This document shows positions 54,226-64,000 of a stretch of DNA of 64,000 bases, one piece after another. Positions within the stretch are counted from its first letter, which is position 1. Every line of letters starts with the position of its first letter. The notes beneath the pieces were generated by a model that saw nothing but the letters and a program-made list of their open reading frames with translations, had not been told where the DNA came from and made no database searches. This DNA comes from Porphyridium purpureum (lineage: Eukaryota): contig VRMN01000008.1 in NCBI GenBank assembly GCA_008690995.1, positions 434,001 through 498,000 on the forward strand. Direction: 5' to 3'. Both the position numbers and the translations under genes were made by a program.

Positions 54226-55062
54226 ATGGCGAATCCTAATGTGCAGCAACTGGCCAAGGGGCTGAGCCGGCTGGCGGGGCTCTCGGTGGCGCTCGGAGTG
54301 GGCGTTTCGGCCGCACAGTCCTGCCTGTTTGTGGTGGATCCGGGCCACCGCGCAGTCATGTTCAACCGATTCAAGGGAATCGAGACCGACGTGAAGGGTG
54401 AGGGCTTCCACTTTCGTATTCCGTGGGTCCAGCGGCCGATCAAGTTTGAGATCCGCACGCGTCCGCGCGTGATAAACTCGGTGACGGGCACAAAGGATCT
54501 GCAGATGGTCAACCTCACGTTGCGTGTTCTGTCGCATCCGGATCCCGAGCAGCTGCCGACCATCTACAGTCGACTCGGCCTGGATTGGGACGAGCGCGTG
54601 CTGCCCTCTATCGCGAACGAGGTGCTCAAAGCTATTGTCGCACAGTACAACGCCGAACAGCTGCTCACACAAAGAGAAATGGTTTCGCGCGCCATCCGCG
54701 AGACCCTCACAGAGCGCGCGCGTCAGTTCAATATTTTACTGGACGACGTCAGTATGACACACTTGACGTTTGGAAAGGAGTTTGCGTCGGCAATTGAAAT
54801 GAAGCAGGTCGCCCAGCAGGACGCTGAGCGTTCCAAGTACATCGTCATGGTGGCTGAGCAGGAGAAAAACGCCGCCGTTACTCGCGCAGAAGGTGAGGCA
54901 GAAGCCGCTCGTCTGATCTCTACAGCGCTGGCCGAGGCAGGCGATGGTCTGATCCAGCTGCGCCGCATCGAGGCTGCAAAGGATATTGCCGCCACGCTGT
55001 CGTCAAGCCGCCAGGTCACTTACCTCCCAGACGGGGGTAATTTCTTACTGAACACAAACTAG
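54226..55062 (+). CDS. PHB: Prohibitin (PHB1-type)
   Basis: [54 protein letters not shown]. Confidence 0.97.
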   Translation: MANPNVQQLAKGLSRLAGLSVALGVGVSAAQSCLFVVDPGHRAVMFNRFKGIETDVKGEGFHFRIPWVQRPIKFEIRTRPRVINSVTGTKDLQMVNLTLRVLSHPDPEQLPTIYSRLGLDWDERVLPSIANEVLKAIVAQYNAEQLLTQREMVSRAIRETLTERARQFNILLDDVSMTHLTFGKEFASAIEMKQVAQQDAERSKYIVMVAEQEKNAAVTRAEGEAEAARLISTALAEAGDGLIQLRRIEAAKDIAATLSSSRQVTYLPDGGNFLLNTN

Positions 55063-55611
55063 AGCATATGATTCGGGTGCACGAGCAGAACTCTAAACGA
55101 AATCCGGTTTTCTATTGTATGCGAGCAGTCGCACTACCATTCCAAGTTTTGTACTGGCTCTGAGACATAAGTATTATTTCTATATGATCCCGAAGTGTTT
55201 CAAGCCGGTCAAGATCGATTGGGACGACAGATCCGCGGCCCGGAAGAGTCGTCCATCGGAATCTACATCGGCGTCGGTCTTCTGATATTAAAAGTCGCAA
55301 AAAGAAAAAGACAACGCAAACGAACCAGTGAACAAAACGAGAGTATTAGGGAATAGTTAGCGATCCGCATATACACGCAAGCGAAAACAGTTTCGTCTTG
55401 GGATTCGGCCTTAATCACTGAACGCGATGGCCATGCACAAGGGCTCATTTCGAGACTATGCTCGAACCAATTATTCAAGATCACGTCGGAAGCAAACTTT
55501 CGACACTCACTATTAACGAGATTCCACAGTTTGATATTAATCCTCGCCCTTTCGCGATCTGTCGATCCATTTCTTCAGGACGACACCCGCACTCAAAAAG
55601 CATAGCAAAGC

Positions 55612-56646
55612 TCAAAAACGTACCTCAGATGCAATCACTCGAAACGAGCTTTGCTGTAGGAGCTGCGTTGCGCATGCATCATCTGCAGTCACAAAAACCG
55701 TGCGGTCCGCGCTGGCCCCAATACCATTGCGGATAAACTCTGCTGCAAAGGGAACGCTGCCCTTGCTCGGCTGTACGCGAAAAATCACGCACCCAGTACC
55801 TTCCTCCTGTCTTACAATTCGCACAGAGCAGTTAATGCCCATGGAGTTCAGAGCATCATTCAAGCGCTTTCGTAAATCTTCCGGATCGTGTGCGCGCTTC
55901 ACAGTTCGAAGCAGAACACGAGCCTCTGGTTGCACAAAGTCTGGGTCAATGTACGGCGCGTCAGCGACGCCACCACCTTCAGTCTCCGAAAACAGCTTCA
56001 TCTGATCCTCATCTTTAAAGCTCGATTCGCAGATCCACTGCACCGGTTTGGGATCAAAGCCTTTCCAGACCTGCTCTGAGTAGTACGGGTCGCCGGTCTT
56101 GTAGCTTCTTTGATACACCGCCAATCCATTTTCACAGATCCAGCACGCAGGCTCCTCGAGCCCTGTACTACTTGCCAACACGACGTCGTGAGCCGAGACG
56201 ATATCGCGAGAGGTGGCGAACACTAGGAATGGAACATTTGTTTGACTTTGCAGGGCGGCGTGCAATGGTGATCCGTTCTGCTCTGTTGCCGTCCAAGCCT
56301 CAAAGTCCACCACAAGTACAGACTTGGCGGTCGAGGAGGGGGCAGCGCCGGTCCCATCGTGTTCGTCGTTTGCATCTGTGTTCCCGGGCTCAGACGGTTG
56401 CGTTTCCGACATGAAAATGACTGTACTTAGATGATGCGGACCATGAGAGCGCCGTGAGCCCTGCAATCGTCGCGGCCAAGAATAGCTGAAACGCCATGCA
56501 GACAAACTCCACCTCGAGCAGTGCCTCCGAACGCTGCCCACCCGCGCTGCGCCTACATTCAGATCGCACGCACCCAAAGCCACACGCGGTGCGTGTGGCG
56601 GTGCGGGTCCTACCACGAAACCGCACCTTGAACCATTCCAACTCAT
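55612..56646 (-). CDS. Sucrose-phosphatase-like HAD-IIB protein, degenerate, with transit-peptide-like N-terminus
   Basis: VLVVDFE (motif I-like), VFATSR (motif II), ICENG, and P.KG...A.EF in the expected HAD-IIB order. Confidence 0.6.
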   Translation of the reverse strand: MSWNGSRCGFVVGPAPPHAPRVALGACDLNVGAARVGSVRRHCSRWSLSAWRFSYSWPRRLQGSRRSHGPHHLSTVIFMSETQPSEPGNTDANDEHDGTGAAPSSTAKSVLVVDFEAWTATEQNGSPLHAALQSQTNVPFLVFATSRDIVSAHDVVLASSTGLEEPACWICENGLAVYQRSYKTGDPYYSEQVWKGFDPKPVQWICESSFKDEDQMKLFSETEGGGVADAPYIDPDFVQPEARVLLRTVKRAHDPEDLRKRLNDALNSMGINCSVRIVRQEEGTGCVIFRVQPSKGSVPFAAEFIRNGIGASADRTVFVTADDACATQLLQQSSFRVIASEVRF

Positions 56647-56901
56647 TGCTGCCTAATCATTCGACAGCCCCGCGGCCGCAGAACCTCGACGCTTAACGCC
56701 GCGCAATCGAATCACGCGAAAAGCAGGCCTGTTTCTGCGTCTCTGGCCGCGATCTCAACGGGCATCAAAGAAATGCAATCCGCGACTTGGAGTTGACTGG
56801 GTTGCGCCCACGGCGATGACGATTGTCACCGTGCGCTCTGGTGCGGCTTGTTACTCTCTCTCCAGGTCACGACCGACGCCGAACGGAGAGACCACGGTTC
56901 C

Positions 56902-56935
56902 AAAAAAAAGAGTGGGAAAGAAAGACAAAAGAAAA
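56902..56935 (-). terminator. Pol III oligo-T terminator of the 5S gene
   Basis: TTTT immediately 3' of the gene (56932-56935), then further T4 and T8 runs. Confidence 0.75.
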
Positions 56936-56936
56936 T

Positions 56937-57056
56937 ACCTGCGCCACCCGGAATTCCCGAGTGATCCCTCACCTCAGTACTACCCGGGCGCTAGCGGACT
57001 TAGCTTCCCTGTGCGAGATGGGAAGGGGCGCATGTCCAGCTGCTATGAGCGCAGGT
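56937..57056 (-). rRNA. 5S rRNA gene (single copy in the window)
   Basis: 120 nt ACCTGCGCTCATA...GAAGCTAAG...GTAGTACTGAGGTGAGGGATCAC..GGGAA...GCGCAGGT; 5' and 3' ends pair; box A/C-like internal elements. Confidence 0.93.
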
Positions 57057-57080
57057 TGAAAGGTGGGGGAAAATTAAATA

Positions 57081-57087
57081 TTATATA
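57081..57087 (-). promoter_or_regulatory. TATA element at about -25 to -31 of the 5S gene
   Basis: TATATAA on the minus strand within an AT-rich patch. Confidence 0.6.
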
Positions 57088-58345
57088 GCCTACTAAAATA
57101 AAGCTGTACCGCGAAGACGGGAAGGTACAGCGCGAGCTTGAACTTGAATTGCGCGAGGAGCGCAGCGCGCAGGCGCAGACGCTTCGTAGCTGGTCGTGTT
57201 TGTTTGATGTGATAGTGCTGTTGGTGGTGTGGTGAGCGGTGGCTACCGTGGACATGCGGTGCGCTGCGGTGTTGATGAGATGGCCGGGCGCAAGGCGCAT
57301 TTGGCTTTGCTGGTCTGCCGACGCGCGCAGTGCGCAATTCTGTTGAAGGACCTCGCGCGTTCTCGTGCACAACACTGGATCTAAATGAGGTCGTCAAGCG
57401 CGCACAACGATACGCCTGAATGCGACGCGCATGTTCCGTAGGTCATCGTATGACGCGCTTTGAAACTGTCCTGATTGCACATCCGCGAAGTGTGGAAATA
57501 CTGGATTGTCCGAGAATACGCGGACACGCCAGAGCCGTGTTCGGTTTGTCGCGGCAAAAATCGCAGTTGGGGCTGTGAGCGGCGCGCAGCCGATGGAATA
57601 TTTTCATCACAAGCCAGAGCCGTACATATAATGACGAGCATATTGGGATATTCAAAATCATAGTGACGCCTCCAAAGTCGTTTGCGCCTTCACCGCTTTG
57701 CATCGAGCACAACGTTGACTTTTGCACAGCAGCGATTGGCTGCACTTGAGTGTCATGCGGCTCACGACGTGTCTAGAACTGCGTGGATGGAGACTTTCAA
57801 AAACGACGGAAAGGAGAAAGTGCCAGGAGCCCGACTCATAATGTTGTCAGGAACGTGTGCCCTGAAAAGCGTCCACCGAAGACTCATATTTGCGTGGCAC
57901 GAAGCCATTGAATACAAGCAGAGAGAGTATCGCCGACATCTTTTCGAGGCCAAGTTAGCAAGCAGAGCCACAAGCGCCCCGCAAGGTAAGTGCGCGTCTC
58001 CCCCGCACGCGTGCGTGCAAACAGTAAAGAGAGTCCAGAACCACCCTGACCCCCTTGGCGAAACAGCGAAGGTTCGGCAGCACGCGATGCGTCGCTTTTT
58101 TGAACGCCGTCGGGACACCAAAGTTCGGCTGAGGTGCAGTCACCGACAGGCGCAGCGGTTGGGAAGAGGGGAGCTGTTGCACGGAAGACCAAGAACCATG
58201 GAACACCGCTATTTCTTTCAGCATTCTTGAATCCTCAGGAGTTTCACGTGGCTCCTCGTCCACCCTTCGCCCACGGCTCGATTACCCTCGCGTGAAAACG
58301 AAGGGAAAGACGCGGCTCGCGGCAAGAGCTTGAACTTCCAGGAGC

Positions 58346-59953
58346 ATGGGAAAGGCCGGCAAGCTGAAGAAGAAGAGGCTCCGACTCTTGAACGGGACCG
58401 CTGCGCCCGGGTATGGCGCTGAGCAGAATGACAGCGAGGAGGAGGGCCGCCGCGAGGACGAAGGCCCTTTAGGTATTTCGGACGGAGAGTTGGCGGCCGC
58501 GTGCAGGGTGCTCGGTGCAATGGCGCAGCACCCCGACGTATTTGCGAAGCGGAAGGAGTTCCGCGTCCTGCGTACACTCCTGCACAGCATTCGTCAGACT
58601 CCAGAGGGTCTGACCCTGCTGGGTGTCACCGGAGGGTCGCATTCGCGGGAGGCGTCGGAGCAGCAGCTCGTCAGCGACGCCATCCGTGATTTGCGCTTTG
58701 AAGAGGCACGCCGCGTGCTTGTTGGCATGCAGGCAAGGCAAAAGGTCCCTCCACTGGGAGCCATTTGTAGGTGGGTGAGAGATTTGGACGGCACCGCTGA
58801 GATCAGTCATGAAAGTGACGGTGACGGCGCCGGAGTGTCCCCAGACGCTTCTAGTGAGCACGACAGACAGAATAAGCTTTTTATGCAGATGCTTAGTGAG
58901 GTTATCCGCACGTGTAGCCCCGAGCAGGTAGGTTGCATCGTCCCTACAGACCGCTTTGAGCTCCGAAACTGGAAGAGCGTGCGGTTATGGCTTCCTCCGT
59001 GGAAGCCAGAAGCTGTCACTGACTCAGAAAATGGGATTGCAAGCAGTGCCGGTGAACAAGCAGAAGCGCTGTCTGACCAAGAGCTCATGCACTTTTGGGT
59101 GTGTTCACGAGTGAAAGGGCCGGATCGTCTTCCGCCGAACCGGCATGATCTCGCGATCCACGCGTCATCCGACGAGTTTTTACTTTCTCCATTGTCCTTA
59201 CCCGCGAAGGAGCTGGGAAAATGTCGCGCGTACAGTGGAAAAGAGTTCTTGGGAGATGCGGGGGCCAGAGCTCATGTGACGCTGGTCGAAGGTTTCCTCA
59301 CCGCGCACGAGTGCAAACGGATAATCTCAGTCGCCGAAAAACTAGGCTTCGACCCAGATGAACCACTGAGTCGTAGCTTGCCAGTCAGTACGCGGTCGAC
59401 GCTCGCACATGCATGCGTGTGGCTGCAGAGCAAGCGAGAAAGCGAGCGACTGTGGGCGAGGATTAAGTATATACTTCCTCCGCTATTGTACAACGCTCGC
59501 GGCGTGCGCTTGCAGCCGCGCGGCCTTAACCGTCGTTGGCGCGTGTACAGATACTCTCAGAGCGCGGTCTATCGTCCACATATTGACGGTGCGTGGCCCG
59601 AAAGTGGGCTGGACGATACCAAGCAGTACGTGTATAATGTGAACGAGCGCTCGAGCAAGCATGTGTGGAGCAAGCTGACTTTCCTCATGTACTTGAGTGA
59701 CGATTTTGAAGGCGGTGAAACGACGTTTTTTGCGCCTGTCGTCAAAGCGCTCGAGGAAAGCAATTCTGTTTACATGGATGCGCGCGGCGTTCGCCCTCGG
59801 CAAGGCTGGGCACTTGTATTCCCACACGGAGAAGCCCACGGAGCGTGGCTCCACGAAGGCAGTCCTGTCACCCATGGCGTGAAATACGTGGTGAGAACAG
59901 ACGTCTTGTATGAACCGATGAACGAGTGTCTCGGATCAATCACAGTTCCTTGA
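58346..59953 (+). CDS. 2OG-Fe(II) dioxygenase, prolyl-4-hydroxylase-like
   Basis: YRPHID (HxD), LTFLMYLSDDFEGGETTF, LHEG (distal His), KYVVRTDVLY. Confidence 0.9.
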   Translation: MGKAGKLKKKRLRLLNGTAAPGYGAEQNDSEEEGRREDEGPLGISDGELAAACRVLGAMAQHPDVFAKRKEFRVLRTLLHSIRQTPEGLTLLGVTGGSHSREASEQQLVSDAIRDLRFEEARRVLVGMQARQKVPPLGAICRWVRDLDGTAEISHESDGDGAGVSPDASSEHDRQNKLFMQMLSEVIRTCSPEQVGCIVPTDRFELRNWKSVRLWLPPWKPEAVTDSENGIASSAGEQAEALSDQELMHFWVCSRVKGPDRLPPNRHDLAIHASSDEFLLSPLSLPAKELGKCRAYSGKEFLGDAGARAHVTLVEGFLTAHECKRIISVAEKLGFDPDEPLSRSLPVSTRSTLAHACVWLQSKRESERLWARIKYILPPLLYNARGVRLQPRGLNRRWRVYRYSQSAVYRPHIDGAWPESGLDDTKQYVYNVNERSSKHVWSKLTFLMYLSDDFEGGETTFFAPVVKALEESNSVYMDARGVRPRQGWALVFPHGEAHGAWLHEGSPVTHGVKYVVRTDVLYEPMNECLGSITVP

Positions 59954-60239
59954 GCACTTTATTTCCGCTAGCATCATGAATACACGAAGACGTCATGGTG
60001 CAGTGGTCCTCAGAAGCTCTCGTAAGATCCAAATTTTATTTGTCGGCAGGATGCAAACGAAATCTTTCGCGGCCTTCAGTACAGTGCAATGTATGCTTGG
60101 CAAATGGGAGTTCGCGTCGCATATCATCTTCTGCATCCGTAGCTTTTTTTTTAATTTTTTCTTTTTCTCTCTTGACTTTTCATTTACAATTGCAACGCGG
60201 AACGACCAACCCGAGCCCGCTTTCTTTCATTCAGGCAAT

Positions 60240-62345
60240 TTAGTCCACCTGAACTTCATCTACACCTGCAAGTCGATGCTGATTTTGAAATGGCTTTTCC
60301 CCACTATCACTTCTGCCTTCCTCACCGGCGTCAGCGCCAGGCTTGGAACATTTTTGTTTCCAAGAATCGCGCGCACGGACAAGCACTTCCCGCAGGTTTT
60401 CAGTTGTCACATACAAGGGCACGCTGCCTACCAATACTTTCCGGCACGGTGGGCTATTCCAGCATGCCGCAGGTTCCTTTTCCACAAATGGCTGCTTGAT
60501 CTTCAAATTGTCAAAGTGATTGTGGAAGGCCGTTTCGTTTTCTTCCTGGTAGTCAAAGTAGTTTAGACCCAGCGAGACAGCCATGCGCATGTAGTCTTTG
60601 TCGAAAACACGTGACGGCAAAATTTCCACAACGTGAGACTCGCGCGGTAACCAGGCAATATCACCAGACGATTTCATGCCGTTCACAAGCAACACAAAAG
60701 TGGCACTGTTCATCATGCGCACGCGCGTCCCGAGATCTGCGTCAGAGACGTCCACCGTCTTGATGTGCGGGCCAGAACCCAGCACCTCACGTACCAGCTT
60801 TAGAATCTCTACGCGGTTGAGCAGCATGGGGCGACGCACGTAGTCAATGAGGAAATAAACATCGCCATGTGTGTGCTCGTCCGCACAATGCTCTACCAGT
60901 GGCGGATCACCTTCAGTCTTGCCAAACATGGGCGCGCGTAGAAGCAGGGCATCCTCTGGCTTGCGCACCAGGCCAAAATAGTCAGTGCCGAAAGAGACAA
61001 GCGATTTGAAGCAAGTGCTCACCATGGACAGATCCGTAAAAGAGCGCGGATGCAGCGAAACGCGAAGTGACTTGGCCATGACATCCATAAGCTCTGCCTC
61101 GGCTGAGTCCTCCGCAGGCGTGGTGCCAGCGTCTGCGAATACTTGCACTTCGTTGAGCGTGGAACGATCCTTTTCGAAGAAGAGCCGCAAAATGGACCAC
61201 AAGGGCAGGCCGTGCTGGTAGAATGTTGGGAAAGACACAGAAAGGTCGCATGTACCGCGGCACAGGATCACAGGTTTCTCCATGTACTCATAGTCGTGCA
61301 GACTGAGCCTCGGCATGCCAATCGTCATGGTCTCGACCTGCCGATCGCGCAAGACTGCGAGCGGCATGTTGGCCTCATCATCTGGATGGATCTGGAATTT
61401 GCGGGCTTCTGCATCATAGCAGACGTTCTCGAGCGCCCATATGGAGCTGAAGTCACCCCCTCGATTCTTCCACTCGCCAAGAATCTGAAGCAAATTCGCA
61501 GATGAGGAGCGCTTGGTGACAACAAGGGACGCACGCCACATTGCTTCCTTTTCTGATGCTGCCTTGGACGCCGCCTTGTCGACACTGCGTTTGGTCTTGC
61601 GCTCCTTCAATTCACTCTCCAGTTTGTTCACCACAGCCTGCTCTAATTTCTTTGCCCTCGCGCCAAGCTCACTCACTTCGTCCCGAAGCTTTTTGGCGTT
61701 GCCCTTGACGCGCGCGTTCAATGTCCACCCATGCTTTGCCCCTGCGCCGCCGCCGCCGCCGCCGCCTCTTTCATCTTCTACGGCGAATAAGTCCGGAACA
61801 CTTCCCACTGCGGCATCCACGGAGCTGTCAGCATCCGTGTCGGCCTCGTTGGGGATGAGCGCTAGCATAAGCAAAAACACCAGAGCAAGCAGCACTACGA
61901 CTAGTGCGGCTGCCTTTCGCACTGTCAACTGGGACGGCGACAGCAATGATGCAATTCCAGCAACGGGCTTGGCATCAGCATCTTGTCTTCTGAACAAACG
62001 CACCGCCTGTTGTAAAAGAACACTCAAGCGTGTGTTGATGGCCTTCCAGGAGGCATACGAGCCGCGGTTCAGCTCCAAATCATCGTCCTTTTTATCCGTT
62101 TCGACCTGGCGCGAGGACATAGCACTCGCTGCCATACCCGCCGCAGAAACCGAGGCCCGCAAAGCAGACGGCTGCTGAGCACCGATGACGGCATCTCCAG
62201 CCGCGCGTTTTGAGCCGGACGTCGAGGTCGGCTTCTTCTTGGTGCTGGTGGTCCTCACCAACTTCCTGCCCGAATTGGACCGCGCCGCGGTGCCGCCTTG
62301 CTTGCTGGATGCGGCCGGCAATGGCAGTGACGATTCTCGCTCCAT
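60240..62345 (-). CDS. Type II membrane glycosyltransferase, GT61-like
   Basis: Single TM segment (ALVVVLLALVFLLMLALI), coiled stem, LENVCY, RPMLLN..E, VRMMNSA..VLLVNG...AWLP...VVEILP. Confidence 0.7.
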   Translation of the reverse strand: MERESSLPLPAASSKQGGTAARSNSGRKLVRTTSTKKKPTSTSGSKRAAGDAVIGAQQPSALRASVSAAGMAASAMSSRQVETDKKDDDLELNRGSYASWKAINTRLSVLLQQAVRLFRRQDADAKPVAGIASLLSPSQLTVRKAAALVVVLLALVFLLMLALIPNEADTDADSSVDAAVGSVPDLFAVEDERGGGGGGGAGAKHGWTLNARVKGNAKKLRDEVSELGARAKKLEQAVVNKLESELKERKTKRSVDKAASKAASEKEAMWRASLVVTKRSSSANLLQILGEWKNRGGDFSSIWALENVCYDAEARKFQIHPDDEANMPLAVLRDRQVETMTIGMPRLSLHDYEYMEKPVILCRGTCDLSVSFPTFYQHGLPLWSILRLFFEKDRSTLNEVQVFADAGTTPAEDSAEAELMDVMAKSLRVSLHPRSFTDLSMVSTCFKSLVSFGTDYFGLVRKPEDALLLRAPMFGKTEGDPPLVEHCADEHTHGDVYFLIDYVRRPMLLNRVEILKLVREVLGSGPHIKTVDVSDADLGTRVRMMNSATFVLLVNGMKSSGDIAWLPRESHVVEILPSRVFDKDYMRMAVSLGLNYFDYQEENETAFHNHFDNLKIKQPFVEKEPAACWNSPPCRKVLVGSVPLYVTTENLREVLVRARDSWKQKCSKPGADAGEEGRSDSGEKPFQNQHRLAGVDEVQVD

Positions 62346-62957
62346 GGCGCCCAGTCCACTGGCTCGCGAAACACACCGCGGCGCGATCGCCACGGAGCAG
62401 TTTCCCTGGGTACGGCATCAGCCGAGCATGCGGTCAGCGATTCAACGCGTGATGCACCAGCTGATCATACACTGTACCTCCAAATGTCCTAGTAAAAACG
62501 CGTGTTTAATCACAGACGTCGTGCACTGTACCTCATCCACATGCGACTTGGCGGCTGCTCGCAGCGGTGGGACGCTTCCGAGCTCCACCGTTGCGGTTCC
62601 GACGCACGTTCGGCTGGACAGCACCAATTTGACTGGAGGATACGCAAAACTAAGTTGTCCATCGAAACGCAGCAATGTGATGCAACTGCGCCCTCCTCGG
62701 ATCTGATCACAACCAAATTTGCGGACACTGATGCTGTCTCGCCGCTGCTGTGCATCTTTTGCCGCAAGGTGGGAACCGATGGCAATGAAAATCCGGCAAG
62801 AGGTCGGGTGCTAGGCTTCTTTTGGGCGCCGCGGGCTGCGCGTACGCATGGGCAGATTGATACTCCTCTGGGGTATCAAATTGAGCGGAATTCACTCGTA
62901 CCCCATGTGTACAAGCAGAGAAAATATCGGAAAGGCAGATACGTCACTGTCGAAATT

Positions 62958-64000
62958 TTATCTGCGAGGCACAATCATTCGCTTTTCTTGCATGCGTAAG
63001 AAGCTTTCCTTCATCAAGCTGCCCGAGCCAGCGTACTTCACGGTGCGCAGATGCGGAGTGAGCTCGTCGGTGAGCAAGACGTCCACCTCGCGACGCGCTA
63101 TTACGCGCCCGGCGAACAAGCGGCTGCGCGTGTGCGCGCGAGTTCGGTCGCGCAGTACGTTCTGCCGCGCTGCGTCGCTCTCCACTAGCTTATGCACTAT
63201 TTCTTTTGCTCGGCCAATGTCCTTGTTCTTCCGCTTCTCAATCCCCGCTGACACTTCGGCGCGCCGGTTCTCCTTGGCTCGCCGCTGCTTGTTGCGCTCC
63301 GCTCGCGTCTTGACGCGCGCAGTCAGCGGAGCTCTCACCCGGGAGCCGGTATTTCCGTGGCCATCATCACTACTGCTCCCATCACTATGCTCTTCAGCAG
63401 CTGGCGAGGCTGCAACTACCATGCCCGTGATATTATCCACGCCAATCTCATCTGCGACATGATGTTTCACTGACAGGCGGTCTTTCAAAATGCGCTCCCT
63501 CTCCTCTTTGAAGTACGCGTCTGCAACGGCCTCAGCCAGCCTGTGCTGGTGTGCGCGGTGCTCTGGGTTGACGCTCAAGCCGTCAAGCACTTCGGGGTCT
63601 GCTGAAAAGAGCGTGTTGGTGTCAGCCTCCCATCCCACGCTACCTCTTTTGCGAGCCGACGAGGCGGGTACCGCTTCCAACTCGGCAGAATTACCCACGC
63701 TCTCGCCCCACAAATCAACGAGCGCTGAGTTTACCTGTGGCTTTGGTCCTGAAACCAAAGCCTGTCCAGATACGCGCTTGCGCTGCGACTTTGCTTTCCG
63801 TCGCAGCGTTGGCGGCTGCACGGGCACAGTATGCGGATTGGGGTTGAGCGCCTGCTCACCTCTACGCGCCTTGCTCTTCTTCGCCAGGCGCAACTGCTCG
63901 CGCGTGCTGCTTGCAATGCCCTGCCTGAGCGCCTCCTCGCTCTGCGGCGTGGCGTCGAGCACAAATAGCGCCTCGTCTGGCTCGGCCCCCTCGGCCGCTG
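62958..64000 (-). CDS. NOP53: Ribosome biogenesis factor NOP53/GLTSCR2 (5' end beyond the window)
   Basis: LFVLD arch-interacting motif (~63954-63968), DLW, SVNP...HQ..L, DVLLTDELTPHLR and SLMKESF..MQ...IVPR. Confidence 0.85.
   Translation of the reverse strand, partial: AAEGAEPDEALFVLDATPQSEEALRQGIASSTREQLRLAKKSKARRGEQALNPNPHTVPVQPPTLRRKAKSQRKRVSGQALVSGPKPQVNSALVDLWGESVGNSAELEAVPASSARKRGSVGWEADTNTLFSADPEVLDGLSVNPEHRAHQHRLAEAVADAYFKEERERILKDRLSVKHHVADEIGVDNITGMVVAASPAAEEHSDGSSSDDGHGNTGSRVRAPLTARVKTRAERNKQRRAKENRRAEVSAGIEKRKNKDIGRAKEIVHKLVESDAARQNVLRDRTRAHTRSRLFAGRVIARREVDVLLTDELTPHLRTVKYAGSGSLMKESFLRMQEKRMIVPRR

Noticed and set aside
57381..58263. Possible spliced gene (AG/GTAAGT at ~57986 on +, TGCTAAC at 57954-57960 on -)
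   Set aside because: I could not assemble a coherent reading frame or recognisable protein

Overview
Compact, GC-rich, intron-poor eukaryotic nuclear DNA. Gene density, plastid-type transit peptides (MAF/MLGF-like starts) and rare introns suggest a unicellular red alga, possibly Porphyridium-like (inference). About 30 protein genes are supported: DDX3/Ded1 helicase (partial, frameshifted 5' end), TrmL, QCR10 (1 intron), RMI2, a 42-aa Cys-rich microprotein, cytosolic Hsp70, U1A/U2B'', a Macro-like/TIR/Raf-like kinase fusion, a DnaJ zinc finger/double CDGSH fusion, SmD2, MO25, an isochorismatase-family hydrolase, a P-loop kinase-like protein, a three-exon mitochondrial-type rps7 missed by the ORF track, an RlmB/MRM1-like methyltransferase, GET4, RMI1, a VIT-vWA protein, clathrin heavy chain, an AMBRA1-like WD40 protein, a circularly permuted D-amino-acid oxidase-like protein, PhLP3, CDC26, prohibitin, an SPP-like HAD protein, a 2OG-Fe(II) oxygenase, a GT61-like protein and NOP53 (partial). 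There is also one solitary 5S rRNA gene. The best candidate for an undescribed system is the Macro-like + TIR + TKL kinase protein (11583-14090), an innate-immunity-like architecture. A recurrent GTACAG(T) element marks many promoters. All family assignments come from motif recognition by eye; no database search was run.
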